Shown here piece after piece: positions 46,601 to 48,631 of a DNA stretch of 48,631 bases. Each line of letters begins with the position of its first letter. Within the stretch, counting starts at the first letter, position 1. The stretch is from an uncultured Desulfovibrionaceae bacterium (GTDB lineage Bacteria > Desulfobacterota > Desulfovibrionia > Desulfovibrionales > Desulfovibrionaceae), in the NCBI GenBank assembly GCA_964369165.1, contig CAYJFE010000002.1, positions 6,647 through 55,277 of the forward strand. The letters run 5' to 3'. The notes beneath the pieces were generated by a model. That model did not search any database. It was given only the letters and a program-made list of their open reading frames with translations, and had not been told where the DNA came from. Position numbers and translations under genes: made by a program.

Positions 46601-48631
46601 CTTTCACACCTTTTTCAATAGCAGAGATGATTTTTTCAATATCATTATCTGTGTGCTCAGTTGACAAGAAGCAGTTACGCCCTTCCCAAACAAAGATACC
46701 GGCTTTGAGTAGGTGGAAGTTCAAAATTTCAGAATTTTCCCTGAAATCAAAACGGAAGAGTGAGGAAAAATATTCAGTTTTAATAGGTGCTTTATAGCGT
46801 GCAAAAATTTCATCTAAGCGCTGACACATTTTCTTCGTTTTTTCAGCAAGCTCTTTTTGCAAAGCGCCATTATCATCAATAATACGCTTCAAAACAGCTT
46901 CTGCGGCAATCATTGATAGAGGGTGCTGGCTAAAAGTTCCTGCTACAAAGGCTGTGTGCGCAGTAGGGAGTGAAGTGTCGTCATAATTCCATTTGCCGCC
47001 ATCAACAGCATCCATAAATCTATTTTTGCCTGCAACCGCACCTACAGGAATGCACGCGCCTAAAACCTTGCCATAAGTGACAATATCCGCTTCTATTCCC
47101 CATAATTCTTGCATTCCTCCAGGGCTCATGCGAAGACCTGTGATCATTTCGTCAAATATAAGAGCAATATCGGTAGACTTTGTAATATCACGTAATTCTT
47201 TGACAAATTTATAAGGTTGTAAGGCAGGATTTCTACTTTGTATAGGTTCTACTAAGACTGCGGCAAGTGAATCTGCATTATTTTTGATAAATTCCAAAGC
47301 CTTAGGATCACCGTAGCGAAGTACGATAGTGTCTTCGACCATGCCTTGTGTTGTGCCATCAGTTATTGGAAGTGTGGTGTAGCCTTGATTATCAGCATTT
47401 GCCCAGCCGCTTGCAAGAACAGCATCAAAAGAACCGTGGAAAGAATTTGCAAAGACGACAATCTTTTGCTTTTTCAACACAGAACGTGCAAGGCGAACCG
47501 CTACCATAACGGCTTCAGTTCCTGAAGAGAAGAAGGCTACCCTATCAGTTTTTGTGAGCGAGCAAAACATTTCTGCCACTCTACCATTTACTTCGTGGTG
47601 AGGTCCAAGTCCAAAGCCGTCATTCAATTCTTTTTTAATGGCATCGCTTACAAAAGCAGGGGCATGGCCAAAAAGACCTGCGCCAAAAGAGCCTGTAATA
47701 TCGACATATTCTCTGCCGTCAATATCCCAAACGTGCGCGCCTTGTGATTTGGTGACAACCAATGGATAGATAAGATTTTTCCATTCAGGTTTAAATCCAA
47801 TCATAGAGCGTGGACCAGCTAAATGCTTGCGATCACGAATGGCTAATTTCTTTGAATTAGGGCTAAGAGCAGTCCATTCCTTTGTAAGCTTTTCGATATG
47901 CGCGAATTGCTTTTGTGTGAAGTTGCTTCTTGAGGTTAAATCTTTAAATAAGCCTTTAACCTCAGTTTTCGCAACTTTTGTTTCTTGAATAGGAGTTTTT
48001 TGAGCTATTGCTATGCTATCAGTTTTTTTTTTTACTTCGCCTTCTTGCAAAGGTTGCGCATTTTGTGAAAGCATAGAAAGCTGTTGAGCAAAAATGTTTT
48101 GCATGGCTTCTACTTGTTTGATAAGAACATTTTCAACAGCAGAACTTGCTACTGCTTGGCTTGCAGGTTGAGTTTGTGTTTCATATGCATATACAGGAGC
48201 TTGCGCACTTTCTACAGGCGCACTGACAACTTGTTCTGTCACTACTTCTTCTGTAATATAGGCTTCATCGCCAAGGCTTTGCTCTGCCATAAAAGTAGCA
48301 AGTTTTCTTGGAGTATCAAGTGGTTGGAAGAAATCATTCACTTCTGGCGCAAAACCAAATTCAAGATTTAATCCTTGTGTTACTTGCACTAATACAAGAG
48401 AATCAAGTCCGAGTTTGAACCAAGAATCGTCTTGTAACTCATTTTGCACATCTGCGCCTATAATCTGAGTCAAGAGAGAAAGCACACTTGCTTCAAGTTC
48501 TTGTTTTTTTGGATTTTCTTTTCTTACAGTAGAAACAATTTTTTGCGTATTTTGCGCTACTGGAGCTTGCATTACAGGCTCTTGAATTGTATGTGCCACT
48601 GTGTTTTGTGTTTGTGTGCTCACATTTGTTT
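40602..48631 (-). CDS. Hybrid NRPS megasynthase, 5'-partial (runs off the window): …ACP - class-III aminotransferase (AMT) - C - C - A - T - C
   Basis: More than 2673 aa. The frame is open to the window edge; the track start at 48623 is only an in-frame GTG. Approximate domain spans (nt):
- ACP 48500-48300: LGLDSL.
- AMT 47880-46580: GSA-aminomutase-like, PLP-lysine TYGKVLG.
- C 46480-45175: HHSVCDVWS.
- Second C-like 45175-43855: MHHSIADYR.
- A 43825-42325: [53 protein letters not shown].
- T 42280-42070: GGHSL.
- C 41980-40602: HHILGDGWS.
The protein ends …DDDGDGW. Confidence 0.85.
   Translation of the reverse strand, partial: [2675 protein letters not shown]

Noticed and set aside
48601-48631. 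Treating 48623 as the true start of the megasynthase
   Set aside because: The codon is GTG within an open frame that continues to the window edge. The following sequence is an interdomain-type linker rather than a protein N-terminus, so the gene is 5'-partial.

Overview
This 48.6-kb window is AT-rich and densely coded, with strong Shine-Dalgarno sites. It most likely comes from a low-GC anaerobic bacterium, judging by the oxygen-independent cbi pathway. I could not find any rRNA, tRNA, CRISPR array, integrase or transposase.

The window falls into three blocks.

(1) 1–16.7 kb: an anaerobic cobalamin (B12) biosynthesis locus split into two arms.
- Plus strand: cbiK (His-rich tails), cobU, cobS, cobC, cbiL, cbiC, cbiD, cbiET, a trifunctional cbiF-cbiG-cbiH fusion, and cbiA.
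- Minus strand: cbiB, cobD, cobT, and a separate cobQ.
- An orphan 248-aa gene sits between cobT and cobQ. No cbiJ is recognisable.
- An 8-copy 11-bp tandem repeat lies directly upstream of the cobQ promoter.

(2) 16.9–21.9 kb: housekeeping and stress genes. These are an AlkD-like DNA alkylation repair protein, the gadC/gadB glutamate-dependent acid-resistance pair, a small secreted acidic protein under a near-consensus promoter, and a HAD hydrolase.

(3) 21.9–48.6 kb: 13 genes all on the minus strand.
- Downstream part: a formyltransferase-fold protein, an MFS transporter with a ~430-aa N-terminal sensor-like extension, two tandem PF04392-type periplasmic binding proteins, an SPFH/band-7 protein with a small membrane protein, and a Cys-rich secreted protein.
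- Upstream part: an uncharacterised non-ribosomal peptide synthetase (NRPS) biosynthetic gene cluster.
  - It contains an Sfp-type phosphopantetheinyl transferase (PPTase), a SyrD/PvdE-like ABC exporter, and a glycerophosphodiester phosphodiesterase.
  - The terminal NRPS has the domain order C-A-T-E-C(terminal).
  - A stand-alone A-T protein sits between the two NRPSs.
  - A more than 2670-aa megasynthase runs off the window edge, with visible domains ACP-aminotransferase(class III)-C-C-A-T-C.

An ACP-aminotransferase-C arrangement is the hallmark of iturin/mycosubtilin-type beta-amino-fatty-acid lipopeptide lines. This makes the NRPS cluster the most interesting candidate in the window for an undescribed system. 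All domain calls come from reading conserved motifs in the translations; no searches were run.
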